Shown: positions 22,105-32,008 of the stretch, piece after piece | Numbering within the stretch: position 1 is the stretch's first letter | How the letters are laid out: each line of letters opens with the position of its first letter | Assembly: GCA_963706595.1 (NCBI GenBank) | Contig: OY970166.1 | Location: 3,360,001-3,424,000, forward strand | DNA length: 64,000 bases | Origin: an uncultured cyanobacterium | Lineage (GTDB): Bacteria; Cyanobacteriota; Cyanobacteriia; Cyanobacteriales; Nostocaceae | Reading direction: 5' to 3' | Notes under the pieces: generated by a model | Databases searched by the model: none | What the model was told of the DNA's origin: nothing | What the model saw: only the letters and a program-made list of their open reading frames with translations | Program-made: the position numbers and the translations under genes

Positions 22105-22206
22105 GTATTCCTCGACGTGTATTAAAATTTTTAACTAAGAATTGCGTTTTGTCTCAATGTATTATATGAGTAATGCCAATTTTTGCTTAAGCGAGGACGA
22201 TTCAGA

Positions 22207-22743
22207 GTGACATCACCGCTAAAACTTGCACAAACTGCTGACGAAACCCAGATTGCAGAATTTTTCCAAGAATCAGTAGGTCAGTGGCGATCCGAAAGAC
22301 GCTACTATACTTTGCCAGAGGGTGAAACTAAGGAAATGGAGAGTTTGATCAGCATCCGGTTTTTAGAACCAGGATGTGATGAATTGCAAAATCTGGGACA
22401 GAGGCACGATTTGCCCAATTCCGTGAGTTTAATTTGTGGTGCGGAAGTCACTTGGGACAGTACAGATGTGTTAAAAGCCAGAAAGGAGTCTCAAGGTTCC
22501 ACATTATTTGGAGTTATGGGAAATATCTTATATCGCGATCGCGGTTTTGCCACATCCAAGCCAGTAACCGCCAAATATTATTTCCCCAATCCTAAAACAT
22601 TATGTTTACGAACCGAGTACAACGGCTCGGTATTTGAGGAAGAATTAAAACTTATTGGTAGCAGATACCGCACCAGACAGACAATTATCTCTCGTGCTGG
22701 TGAGCAGTTGATGATTGGTCAATATTTAGAAAAGAGAATGTAA
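22207..22743 (+). CDS. Phycobiliprotein lyase, CpcS/CpeS family (CpcV-like)
   Basis: FFQESVGQWRSERRYY, LYRDRGFA, EEELKL..RTRQTI..YLEKR. Confidence 0.85.
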   Translation: MTSPLKLAQTADETQIAEFFQESVGQWRSERRYYTLPEGETKEMESLISIRFLEPGCDELQNLGQRHDLPNSVSLICGAEVTWDSTDVLKARKESQGSTLFGVMGNILYRDRGFATSKPVTAKYYFPNPKTLCLRTEYNGSVFEEELKLIGSRYRTRQTIISRAGEQLMIGQYLEKRM

Positions 22744-22756
22744 AATTTTCTGGTTT

Positions 22757-22788
22757 GTAGTTGCGCTTTAGCGCTAAAGCGCAACTAC
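22757..22788. repeat. Perfect 32-bp GTAG-ended palindrome between convergent genes
   Basis: GTAGTTGCGCTTTAGCGCTAAAGCGCAACTAC is its own reverse complement. Confidence 0.85.
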
Positions 22789-22822
22789 GAGCAGTCAAGA
22801 AATAATTAAATTCGGCTAATGT

Positions 22823-24535
22823 CTAATAATGACTTGCCGTTTTACGTTGATGCACAGCAGTCACACCATCTTTATTTAAGACTTTGCCATTATCTACCGT
22901 GGCATATACCAGCCAATGATCACCCGATTCTAAGCGACCTTGTACGGAACATTCCAAATATGCCAAAGCATCAGTGAGGATAGGACAACCACTTTCGCTG
23001 TCCTGGGTAGCGACATCACCAAATCGGTCTTGTCCTGGGGCAAAAGGTTTGAGAAAATGTTTCATTAAGCCTATATGCTTACCTTCAGGGAGAATATTGA
23101 GGACAAATTTATTTCCTGAGTGCATCAGCGCTTCTAAAGCCCGGTCTTTGGCTACAGCTATGGTTAAACCAGGAGGATTAAAGCTGGCTTGAGACACCCA
23201 AGAGGCTAACATGGCGCTGGAGATATCGCCTTCTTTGGCTGTAACGACGCTCAGAGAACCCACAATGCGCCCCACCGCTTGTTCTACATTTGTGGCTGGT
23301 TGGCTGGGAACCCGCACTTTTTTAGCTTTTTTCAACGCTTGGGCAAAATCGGTTCCGGCTTCTTCACACAATTGTAAGGTGACATCATTGGGTTTGAATT
23401 TGACCCGAATGGCATCAAAACCGAATCTGTAACCCGCGTCTTTGAGTTTGTTTTCAATTAAATCGACAGCTTCACCACTCCAACCAAAAGAACCAAACAC
23501 CCCAGCCAGTTTATTATTTGTGGCGGTGGAGAGGACAATTCCTAACGCTGTTTGCACTGGTGTGGGTGCGTGACCGCCCAGGGTAGGTGAACCGATGACG
23601 AAACCGGCAGATTTTTCCACAGCAGCGCGGATTTCTTCGGGTTCTGTAAATTCACAGTTAATTGATTCGACGGCTACGCCAGCTTTAGTAATACCACGAG
23701 CGATCGCCTGAGCTAATGTAGCTGTATTTCCATAGGCTGAAGCATAAATCATCGCCACTGTCAAGTCAGAAGATGCTTGTTGTTGCAGCCATTGCCGATA
23801 AGCTTTAGTCAGTTCGATTAAGCCATAACGGACTATGGGGCCATGTCCAGTGGCGTACATTCTTGTCGGTAAATCAGCCAGTTTATCTAATGCTGTTTCC
23901 ACTTGACGCGCATGGGGAGCCATCAGACAATCAAAATAATAGCGTCGGTCTTCGTTGATTGTCTCCCAGCCTTCATCAAATACCTGATCACCACAAATAT
24001 GCGCCCCAAATAGCTTATCTGAGTAAAGAATTTCTGTTTGTGGGTCATAAGTGCAGAGTTGGTCTGCATAACGGGGGTTAGGGGTGGGAATGAACTGTAA
24101 ATCATGTCCTTTACCTAAATTCAGGGTTTCTTCGCCCCGCATGACGATAATTGGTAAATCCTGATTTTCTAAAATATCCCGTAAATTTTTGGCTCCAGGA
24201 TTAGAACAGACAAAGGTAATCTGTGGTGCTAGCTCTAATAAAGCTTTGATGGTGGCGGCGCGGTTGGGATTAATATGACCCAGAATTACATAATCAATGG
24301 TGGTTAAATCCATCCGTTGCTGCAATGCTTCCAGGTAACTTTGAGTGAATGTTTCTCCTGGAGGGTCAATTAAAGCAATTTTATCACCTTGAATTTTATA
24401 AGAATTAGCCGTTGTACCCTTAGCTAAAGCATATTCAATTTCAAATCTCAGTCTTGACCAACTGCGCGATCGCATAACTGTGGTATCTGTACCAATGGGA
24501 AGAACTTGAACGTCACGGGGTTTATTTTCTGACAT
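22823..24535 (-). CDS. flv1: Flavodiiron protein Flv1 (Flv1A-type)
   Basis: PRDVQVLPI, RLRFEIEY, non-canonical GHINPNR, flavodoxin YASAYGNT, flavin reductase GDHW. Confidence 0.88.
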   Translation of the reverse strand: MSENKPRDVQVLPIGTDTTVMRSRSWSRLRFEIEYALAKGTTANSYKIQGDKIALIDPPGETFTQSYLEALQQRMDLTTIDYVILGHINPNRAATIKALLELAPQITFVCSNPGAKNLRDILENQDLPIIVMRGEETLNLGKGHDLQFIPTPNPRYADQLCTYDPQTEILYSDKLFGAHICGDQVFDEGWETINEDRRYYFDCLMAPHARQVETALDKLADLPTRMYATGHGPIVRYGLIELTKAYRQWLQQQASSDLTVAMIYASAYGNTATLAQAIARGITKAGVAVESINCEFTEPEEIRAAVEKSAGFVIGSPTLGGHAPTPVQTALGIVLSTATNNKLAGVFGSFGWSGEAVDLIENKLKDAGYRFGFDAIRVKFKPNDVTLQLCEEAGTDFAQALKKAKKVRVPSQPATNVEQAVGRIVGSLSVVTAKEGDISSAMLASWVSQASFNPPGLTIAVAKDRALEALMHSGNKFVLNILPEGKHIGLMKHFLKPFAPGQDRFGDVATQDSESGCPILTDALAYLECSVQGRLESGDHWLVYATVDNGKVLNKDGVTAVHQRKTASHY

Positions 24536-24570
24536 AGCTTTTGTTTTTTATTTCTAATTTCTTATTTCTA

Positions 24571-24622
24571 ATAATTCTTGTCCCCCTCCTCGCTTGCGGG
24601 GAGGGGCTAGGGGTGGGGTCTT
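24571..24622 (+). repeat. GC hairpin repeat, copy 2 (inverted arm abutting the DUF559 stop)
   Basis: ATAATTCTTGTCCCCCTCCTCGCTTGCGGGGAGGGGCTAGGGGTGGGGTCTT. Confidence 0.9.
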
Positions 24623-25169
24623 ATTCCAACCAACGCGCAATTTCCTCTAAAACACTCTCCATCCTCAACAAAACATCCTCATTCTTAAACCTCACCACCC
24701 GCAAACCCAAAGATTCTAAAAACTCTTGTCGAATAGCATCTTCTACTTGAGTGTAATTGTGAACCTCTCCATCCACCTCAATCACTAATTTGATTTCGTG
24801 GCAATAAAAGTCAACGATAAATCTATCAATAATCTGCTGACGACGAAACTTAAAACCTCGCAGTTGCTGATTTTTTAATCTTTGCCAAAGTTGCTTTTCT
24901 GCTGATGTGGGTTCAGTCCGCATCTGTCGGGCTAGAGGTTTAAGTTGTTTCCAGAGGTCTGGTGGGCTTTGCCAAGAGACCCCACCCCCTAGCCCCCTCC
25001 CCGCAAGCGAGGAGGGGGGACAGGAGTTATTTGACTCTGTAAGCGAGGAGGGGGGACCGGAGTTGTTTGACTCTGTAAGTGTGGAGGGGGGATTGGAGTT
25101 GTTTGACTCTGTAAGCGAGGAGGGGGGATTGGAATGAGGATTACTGGTGATGTGTTGATTTTGCATCAT
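24621..25169 (-). CDS. DUF559 (Vsr-like/PD-(D/E)xK-fold) putative endonuclease with repeat-derived N-terminus
   Basis: ARQMRTEPTSAEKQLWQRL, KFRRQ, IVDFYC, LVIEVDGEVH, D..R..FLESLGLRVVRFKN. Confidence 0.9.
   Translation of the reverse strand: MMQNQHITSNPHSNPPSSLTESNNSNPPSTLTESNNSGPPSSLTESNNSCPPSSLAGRGLGGGVSWQSPPDLWKQLKPLARQMRTEPTSAEKQLWQRLKNQQLRGFKFRRQQIIDRFIVDFYCHEIKLVIEVDGEVHNYTQVEDAIRQEFLESLGLRVVRFKNEDVLLRMESVLEEIARWLE
24977..25133 (-). repeat. GC hairpin repeat, copy 3, plus 36-bp tandem repeat (x about 3.6) inside the DUF559 ORF
   Basis: Inverted copy at 24977-25030; units AAGCGAGGAGGGGGGANNGGAGTTRTTTGACTCTGT at 25005, 25041, 25077 and partial at 25113. Confidence 0.9.
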
Positions 25170-25345
25170 TTCATATTGCTATTTAAGTATTTAGCAAAGG
25201 CGGCGTGGGTTTCTTCACAACGCTTTCACTTGAGGTTGAGACTATTAAACTCTATGGTTTTCCCCCTACTCCCTACTCCCTGTCTTCATAGCTAGGGTGT
25301 ACACAATCCTGATTCATAAATAAAGGATTTAACCGGAAATCCAGT

Positions 25346-25386
25346 TCCCCTCCTCGCTTGCGGGGAGGGGTTAGGGGTGGGGTCTT
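25346..25386 (+). repeat. GC hairpin repeat, copy 4
   Basis: TCCCCTCCTCGCTTGCGGGGAGGGGTTAGGGGTGGGGTCTT. Confidence 0.88.
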
Positions 25387-25420
25387 ATGTCAGAAAAAAA
25401 CGATTTCCCCACTACCTCAC

Positions 25421-27145
25421 TTAATAATGGTTCCCGACTTTGCGATGATGGACGGCTGTGAGTGCTTCTGGTTTAGAAACTCGTCCTTCGTAAACGTTGC
25501 TATATACTGCCCAGTGGTCGCCGCAGTCCATCCGACTGACAACTTCACACTCCATATAAGCTAAGGCATCGGCGAGGATGGGAGCGCCGTTTTGGGCGGG
25601 CTGAGTTCTCACTCCTTCAAAGCGATCCGCACCAGGGGCGAACCTCTTTAAGAAGTGTCTCATGAGTGTTTGGTAATTGCCTTCTTCTAAGACGTTGAGG
25701 ACAAAGCGATCGCCTACTTGCATCAGTGATTCAATCGCCCTATCCTTAGCCACAGCAATGGATAATCCCATCGGTTTGAAGCTGGCTTGGGAAACCCAGG
25801 AGGCTAACATAGCGCTGGATACATCGCCTTTTTTGGCGGTAATAATATATAGTCCCCCACTGATTCTGCCTAGTGCTTTGTCTAGGTCTGCACCGAGAGA
25901 TTTCATGGCTTTGATGCTGCGATCGCGTGTTACCCATTGTCCCAAGTCTGTACCTGCTTCTTCACAAAGTTGGTAAGTGTTTTCTGTGGGGGTTTGTTTA
26001 ATCCGAATCGCTGGGAAAACTGTTGTTAAACCCAAGTTACGGAATTTACTCAACAGAGGATCTATAGGTTCGTCATCGCCTCCACCTGTTTCAAAGATGC
26101 CGATGGCTTGTTTTTCCTTAGCAGATCCGATAATCGTACTGAGTGCCGCTTGGATATTAGCATTACTTTCTGCCGGCGGCATCCCCACCACAATTCCTGT
26201 GCAACGGCTGACTAATTCTCGCAGTTCTTGTAAATCAACCCCTGCGCCTAAATCCACAATTTCCACAGCGACATCGGTTTTATTAATACCTTTGGCTATG
26301 GCTTGGGCTAGGCGATCGCTATACCCATATTCGGAAACGTAAAATATCCCCACTGCTGTTTCCGCTTTGCTTTGGCTTTGGCTCCAAATGCGATAACGTC
26401 CAGTTAACTCTTCAACATTGTGAGATAATAAGGGACCGTGACCAGTGGCAATCATCTCAATGGTTTTCAGTTCAGCCATCCGCTTCAGAGCAGATAAAAC
26501 TGACCGCGCATTTGGTCCCATTAAGCACTCGTAGTAATATTTAAAATCTGCTTCAATTGCTGCTAAATCTTCATCAAAGGTGCTATCTGAGCAATAATGC
26601 AGCCCAAAAGCATCACAAGTGTAAAGAATTTTCGTTTGATGATCGAAGCTGAATATAGTATCTGGCCAGTGTAAATTAGGAGCAATCACAAATTCAAATT
26701 CGTGACCATTACCTAAATCTAGGCGATCGCCATTTTTAACAATTTGGCGTTTAAACGGCTGATGGACTAAATTTTCCAGAAACTGGATTGCAACTTTAGA
26801 AGCCACAACAGTGATATCTGGAGCCATTTTTAGCAAATCTTTCACTAAGCCGCTATGATCTGGCTCGGTGTGGCTGATAATTAGATAATCAATTTCTGTG
26901 GGATTGATTAATCCGGTGAGGGTGTCAAAATATAACTGGCGAAACTTTTCGTGAGAAGTATCAACTAAGGCAGTTTTTTCACCGCGAACCAGAAACGAGT
27001 TATAGGTTGTACCGTTTTGTAACCCGAACTCAATATCAAAGCGATCGCGATCCCAATCCAAAGACCGAATAGCGATCGTTTCTTGAGCAATCTTCACAGT
27101 CTCTATGGTGAGCCGTTTTTCTGTTCTTTCGGTGAGTGCTACCAT
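25421..27145 (-). CDS. flv3: Flavodiiron protein Flv3 (Flv3A-type)
   Basis: DWDRDRFDIEFGLQNGTTYN, canonical SHTEPDH, HWPD, ends HRKVGNHY. Confidence 0.9.
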   Translation of the reverse strand: MVALTERTEKRLTIETVKIAQETIAIRSLDWDRDRFDIEFGLQNGTTYNSFLVRGEKTALVDTSHEKFRQLYFDTLTGLINPTEIDYLIISHTEPDHSGLVKDLLKMAPDITVVASKVAIQFLENLVHQPFKRQIVKNGDRLDLGNGHEFEFVIAPNLHWPDTIFSFDHQTKILYTCDAFGLHYCSDSTFDEDLAAIEADFKYYYECLMGPNARSVLSALKRMAELKTIEMIATGHGPLLSHNVEELTGRYRIWSQSQSKAETAVGIFYVSEYGYSDRLAQAIAKGINKTDVAVEIVDLGAGVDLQELRELVSRCTGIVVGMPPAESNANIQAALSTIIGSAKEKQAIGIFETGGGDDEPIDPLLSKFRNLGLTTVFPAIRIKQTPTENTYQLCEEAGTDLGQWVTRDRSIKAMKSLGADLDKALGRISGGLYIITAKKGDVSSAMLASWVSQASFKPMGLSIAVAKDRAIESLMQVGDRFVLNVLEEGNYQTLMRHFLKRFAPGADRFEGVRTQPAQNGAPILADALAYMECEVVSRMDCGDHWAVYSNVYEGRVSKPEALTAVHHRKVGNHY

Positions 27146-27256
27146 AGTTGGCCTCCTTGACACAATGAGTATATTTTCCTCTAGTTTTATTGTGACACGC
27201 CTGGATTATTAAGTTTTATTGAAAAATATAATGAATGACTTCAAAAAATTAAAAGT

Positions 27257-28081
27257 GTGAAACCACAGAGGCGCAGAGGACACAGAGAGAATATTTGGTT
27301 AGCGTTAGAAATTGGCAATTCGCGGCTGCACTGGGCGTTATTTACAGGTGAAACCCTTAACTACACTTGGGATACTGACTATTTAACCGAATCCTTAACA
27401 CATAAACTAGCTAAATGTCAAGGAATTGATGATTTACCACCAGAAATTTTTCCTCCCAGTCGCCGTAGGGAAGTAGAAGGTAAAAACTCCTCACATCCCC
27501 CTATTTTTTTAGCCTCTGTCGTTCCTCAGCAAACAGCAATTTGGCAAACTCACCCTTATGTGCGTGTGATTACCTTGGCACAAATCCCCCTGTTAAATAT
27601 GTACCCCACTTTAGGAATTGACCGGGCGCTGGCTTTGTGGGGTGCTGGAAAAACTTGGGGTTTTCCCATCTTAGTAATTGATGCTGGAACTGCATTCACT
27701 TTCACTGGGGCGGATGCTAACGAGTCTTTAGTAGGTGGCGCAATTCTGCCAGGACTGGGTTTACAATTTAGTAGTCTGAGTCAAAACACCGGACAATTAC
27801 CACAGTTAGAAACAGAAATTATCTCTTTACCGCCACGTTTTGCCATAAATACAAAACAGGCTATTCAAAGTGGGATAATTTACACTTTATTAGCTGGGAT
27901 TAAAGATTTTGTTACAGCTTGGTTGCAGTTATTTCCTGACAGTAAAATTGTAATTAAAGGAGGCGATCGCACCTTAATAGTAAACTATATCCAAAATCAA
28001 TTTCCAGACATTGCCGCGCGTTTAATCGTAGAACCAAATTTAATTTTTTGGGGAATACGAGAAATAACCAGAGACTTTTAA
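27257..28081 (+). CDS. coaX: Type III pantothenate kinase
   Basis: [26 protein letters not shown]. Confidence 0.9.
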   Translation: MKPQRRRGHRENIWLALEIGNSRLHWALFTGETLNYTWDTDYLTESLTHKLAKCQGIDDLPPEIFPPSRRREVEGKNSSHPPIFLASVVPQQTAIWQTHPYVRVITLAQIPLLNMYPTLGIDRALALWGAGKTWGFPILVIDAGTAFTFTGADANESLVGGAILPGLGLQFSSLSQNTGQLPQLETEIISLPPRFAINTKQAIQSGIIYTLLAGIKDFVTAWLQLFPDSKIVIKGGDRTLIVNYIQNQFPDIAARLIVEPNLIFWGIREITRDF

Positions 28082-28187
28082 ATTCTCCCCACTCCTAAAT
28101 TCTCCCATCTCATATTCTCCCATCTCATATTCTCCCCTCTCATATTCTCCCCTCTCCTTAATAAGGAGAGGGGCTGGGGGTGAGGTT
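28082..28187 (+). repeat. CCCCTCTCCTTA-A-TAAGGAGAGGGG hairpin with GGGGGTGAGGT tail, preceded by 15-bp tandem copies of its left arm
   Basis: ATTCTCCC[A/C]TCTCAT at 28099, 28114, 28129, leading into the hairpin at 28149-28173. Confidence 0.85.
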
Positions 28188-28215
28188 CTATATTTATCCC
28201 CATGCCTCAAAAACT

Positions 28216-29028
28216 TTAATTAGCCTTGATAAAATTGTGAATATCTCTAGCTACAATTCCAGCACAAGAACTAGGTAAATCACTGCCAGCGTGAGCAATT
28301 ATTTGCAACTCAACTTGAGGAAGCAGTTGAGTATAAGTTTGAGTTTTGACAACAGCATCAAGTAAATCCTGACCGCCTTGCAAAATTAAAACTGGAACTT
28401 CCATCAAGTGTAATCTTTTCTGTAGAAATTCTGCTTCAATTTCTGGTTGCCGCCTTTGGAATAATAACTGACAAGAAGTCGGATATTTTAGTAACTTCTG
28501 ACGCAGATTAAAATCTTTGTCAATTTTTCCCTTTAAACCCCAAATTTTATTTAAAGGTCGAAACCACTGCAATAATTTCGATAATATTGGCGGACTGCTG
28601 ACTAATTTTCGCATTTTCCGCGAATATTTTTCTTGTCCTTCTATGCCTACACCTTCTGGCGCTAGTAATACTAAACCATAAACTTTTTCTGGATACTTTA
28701 AAGCATAACTAGCAGCAACCCAAGCGCCAAGAGAATCGCCGACTAAGTATACTTTTTCTAATTTCACCGCTTGCAAAAACTCAGCAATACACTCCACCTG
28801 TAAATCAATTGAGTGATGAATATTAGGACTTTCTGACTCACCAAACCCTAATAAATCTGGCGAGAGGCAATGGAAATGCTGAGATAGTGAATCGATTACT
28901 GATACCCATTGACTACTATCGTTCCAAGCACCATGTAAAAAAATTACAGCAGTGCCTTCACCAGCTTCGCGCCAAAATAATAGCCCTTGAGAGAGTTTCC
29001 TCCGGGAGTTACGGTATAGGGTATCCAT
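28216..29028 (-). CDS. Alpha/beta fold hydrolase
   Basis: FLHGAW, PDLLGFGES, GDSLG nucleophile elbow. Confidence 0.88.
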   Translation of the reverse strand: MDTLYRNSRRKLSQGLLFWREAGEGTAVIFLHGAWNDSSQWVSVIDSLSQHFHCLSPDLLGFGESESPNIHHSIDLQVECIAEFLQAVKLEKVYLVGDSLGAWVAASYALKYPEKVYGLVLLAPEGVGIEGQEKYSRKMRKLVSSPPILSKLLQWFRPLNKIWGLKGKIDKDFNLRQKLLKYPTSCQLLFQRRQPEIEAEFLQKRLHLMEVPVLILQGGQDLLDAVVKTQTYTQLLPQVELQIIAHAGSDLPSSCAGIVARDIHNFIKAN

Positions 29029-29064
29029 TTTTATTTAACGTTAAATCTCAAATCCAAAATAGCT

Positions 29065-29556
29065 TTACGCCAGTGTTGTCAGACCATTCAAGTAGTCCTC
29101 TAACTGTCGAGTGTGATCGTGAGACATTTTGCCTAGAGGTAAAGCATCCGTAGCAAAAGCCTGGATTTCCATAACCTCCAAAGTATCTTGAATCTCCATT
29201 GTCCCTTGAACTTGTGCTTCAACCACAACACAAATTGAATGAATGCGAGGATCTCTGTCAGGTGCTGAGTAAACTCCTACTAAACGGGTAATTTTCACCA
29301 ACTCCAGTCCAGTTTCTTCTATCAATTCTCGGTCGACTGTTTTAGGAATATCCTCTCCCCAGTCCACCATGCCTCCAGGTAACGCCCAGCAACCATCATC
29401 GCGCCGCTTAATCAGCACAATTCGACCGTCTGGTAATATCGGAATGATACTAGCGCCAGTAATGGGATGACGGAAAATGATCCCCAGTACTGTTTGTCCT
29501 ACACGCCATAAATTACGTGTGGACTGGACAACTGCTGCAATAAAAAGCAAGAACAT
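29065..29556 (-). CDS. NUDIX hydrolase (start uncertain)
   Basis: WALPGGMVDWGE...RELIEETGL. Confidence 0.88.
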   Translation of the reverse strand: MFLLFIAAVVQSTRNLWRVGQTVLGIIFRHPITGASIIPILPDGRIVLIKRRDDGCWALPGGMVDWGEDIPKTVDRELIEETGLELVKITRLVGVYSAPDRDPRIHSICVVVEAQVQGTMEIQDTLEVMEIQAFATDALPLGKMSHDHTRQLEDYLNGLTTLA

Positions 29557-29830
29557 TCAAACTTATGTTGTGTGTGTATTGTGTTCTCTAATTTCCGACA
29601 ATTTACCTAAAATCCAGGAAAATATGGTTAATTTTTGTGTTACACAAATCTGGTTGTAATTGAGGATTTTATTCTTATAACTTCGTATTGTAATCAATCT
29701 TCATTGAGTTTGCCCAGGTGCAGATAGTCCAACAGTTTGATTTGTAACAGAGATGTCTGGCAAAACTAGCTGATCATACCAAGCCTAAATTCTCAACACC
29801 TGAAAACTTTAAAAACGATTCTGGGTACTA

Positions 29831-29860
29831 TTGACATAAATGTATTGAATACGATAGACT
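29831..29860 (+). promoter_or_regulatory. Sigma70-type promoter for the small basic ORF
   Basis: TTGACA-N18-TAGACT. Confidence 0.55.
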
Positions 29861-29984
29861 AGTATACTGTTAAAAGTATGTGGATTAATAAGCTAGGCCA
29901 AAAGTATATCAATAACATAAGTAGCTGATATTGCTTATGTAATGCCTAGTTGCACTTTTTTGTTGTTTATTAAATGAGGTGAAC

Positions 29985-30149
29985 ATGGCCAAGCGCCGTA
30001 ACCCGAAAAAAGAAAAGGCGCTACGGAACCAGGCGTATGCCAGAAAGTTTCGTAAACGGACTACTACAGGCAGAATGCAGAGAAGGTTCCAACAAAGACC
30101 TCCGAAGAGTGAGGAAGAAGAAGGCGCAGCAGCAACTGATACTGATTAA
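29985..30149 (+). CDS. Small Arg/Lys-rich protein, 54 aa, acidic tail (absent from ORF track)
   Basis: GAGGTG SD; MAKRRNPKKEKALRNQAYARKFRKRTTTGRMQRRFQQRPPKSEEEEGAAATDTD; upstream promoter and downstream hairpin. Confidence 0.8.
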   Translation: MAKRRNPKKEKALRNQAYARKFRKRTTTGRMQRRFQQRPPKSEEEEGAAATDTD

Positions 30150-30189
30150 GCCGTCTGTGGAAATCTTTATTACTTGAGTTTTTGAATTT

Positions 30190-30219
30190 TCAGGGCGTAC
30201 ATATATATGTACGCCCTGA
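30190..30219. terminator. Perfect palindrome, probable terminator
   Basis: TCAGGGCGTACATATATATGTACGCCCTGA. Confidence 0.65.
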
Positions 30220-30224
30220 TTTGT

Positions 30225-30377
30225 TAAGGGACTTCCAAGAAATAAATTATCCAAATAAACGTTAGCGTAGCTTGCGCGTAGCGCGTACCACACCAGGCAC
30301 AGAGGACACAGATTCAAGAGGATTTGAGGGGTTTTTTGCGTTCAGTGGTTGAGTGTTTTTTTATTTGGAAATCCTTA
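30225..30377. mobile_element. Degenerate MITE-like shell with internal short repeats
   Basis: TAAGGGACTTCCAAGAAATAAA vs TTTTTTATTTGGAAATCCTTA, imperfect inverted ends. Confidence 0.5.
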
Positions 30378-30435
30378 AACGCCCTGTCCGTTGCTATAAG
30401 TTACAGGAAGAAGGGACAGACAAGGCAAAAACGTT

Positions 30436-30490
<55 letters not shown>

Positions 30491-31876
30491 CTATTCACCA
30501 ATTTGAGCGCGGGCTGTGGCAATTGCCTGATTGACTTGTGTAAAACCTGTACCACCGTAACTGTTGCGGGCTGCTACAACTTGACGGGGCGATATTGCTG
30601 CATAAATATCGGCGGCAAATGCTGGATGTAATTCTTGCCACTCCTCTAAAGTCAAATCTTTTAAAAGTTTACCTGCGGCAATACTGGTTTTTACTACTTT
30701 ACCTACAAGATTATAAGCTTCTCGGAAAGGTACACCCTTTGCAGCTAAATAATCCGCTACATCGGTAGCATTGGAAAAATCTTCAGCTACGGCTGCTGCT
30801 AAACGCTGGGTACGAAATTCTAAGCCTTCCCGCAACAATATTGTCATTGCTTCTAGAGAAGCTTTGATCGTGTTAACGCTGTCAAATAAACCCTCTTTAT
30901 CTTCTTGGAGGTCTTTGTTATATGCCAGGGGTAGCCCTTTCATAATTACCAGCATTCCTTGGAGATGACCAAATACTCGCCCGGTTTTTCCTCGCACTAA
31001 TTCTGGGACATCAGGGTTTTTCTTTTGGGGCATAATGCTCGAACCCGTGGCACAGCTATCTTTGAGGGTGATAAAACGAAATTCTTCAGATGACCACAGA
31101 ATAATTTCTTCTGAAAGTCGGCTGAGGTGAACCATGATTAAGCTAGCCGCACAGAGAAATTCAATGGCAAAGTCGCGATCGCTCACTCCATCCAAGCTAT
31201 TAGCATAAATACTCTCAAAATGCAAGAGTTCGGCTGTGTAATGTCGATCAATGGGGAAAGTTGTTCCCGCCAATGCACCACACCCCAGAGGCGAAATATT
31301 CACCCTTGCAGCAACGTCCTCCAGGCGTTCCCAGTCCCGTTGTGCCATTTGGAAATAGGCCATGAGGTGATGAGCTAAACTCAGGGGTTGGGCGCGTTGT
31401 AGGTGAGTATAGCCAGGAATCAGAGTTTCAACGTGCTGTTCAGCTATATCCAGCAACACACCTTGAAATTCCCGCAAGTGACTGCGAATTTCTTGGATTT
31501 GGTCGCGGAGATAAAGTCTAGTATCGGTTCCAACTTGGTCATTACGCGATCGCGCCGTATGCAGCTTTTTACCCACATCACCCACAATTTCCGTCAATCG
31601 CCGTTCCACAGCAAAATGGACATCCTCCGCATCAATCCCCGGCTGAAATTTGCCCTGGCGGTATTCTTGGCGAATTTGTTCTAAACCCACCACCAGTTCT
31701 TCTCCCTCGCTTGGAGAAATAATCCCTGTGTGAGCCAACATTTTGGCATGAGCTTGAGAACCAGTCAGGTCATATTCGATTAATTCGATATCAAAACCTA
31801 TACTGGCATTAAACCGCGCGATCGCAGGATGCAAGGCTGATTCAAATCGTTGACTCCAGGTTTGTTCTTTGGTCAT
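30491..31876 (-). CDS. argH: Argininosuccinate lyase
   Basis: [31 protein letters not shown]. Confidence 0.97.
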   Translation of the reverse strand: MTKEQTWSQRFESALHPAIARFNASIGFDIELIEYDLTGSQAHAKMLAHTGIISPSEGEELVVGLEQIRQEYRQGKFQPGIDAEDVHFAVERRLTEIVGDVGKKLHTARSRNDQVGTDTRLYLRDQIQEIRSHLREFQGVLLDIAEQHVETLIPGYTHLQRAQPLSLAHHLMAYFQMAQRDWERLEDVAARVNISPLGCGALAGTTFPIDRHYTAELLHFESIYANSLDGVSDRDFAIEFLCAASLIMVHLSRLSEEIILWSSEEFRFITLKDSCATGSSIMPQKKNPDVPELVRGKTGRVFGHLQGMLVIMKGLPLAYNKDLQEDKEGLFDSVNTIKASLEAMTILLREGLEFRTQRLAAAVAEDFSNATDVADYLAAKGVPFREAYNLVGKVVKTSIAAGKLLKDLTLEEWQELHPAFAADIYAAISPRQVVAARNSYGGTGFTQVNQAIATARAQIGE

Positions 31877-32008
31877 AGATGATTAGGCAATTAAGGAGGT
31901 GGTTATTTAGAAATACCACAAGGAATTTATCATAAGAAAATAGCGGAGGGTGTGGAAGCCACTTGACTTGACTGCTGTGAAAGAAACACACCACGAGTGG
32001 TTTTAACC

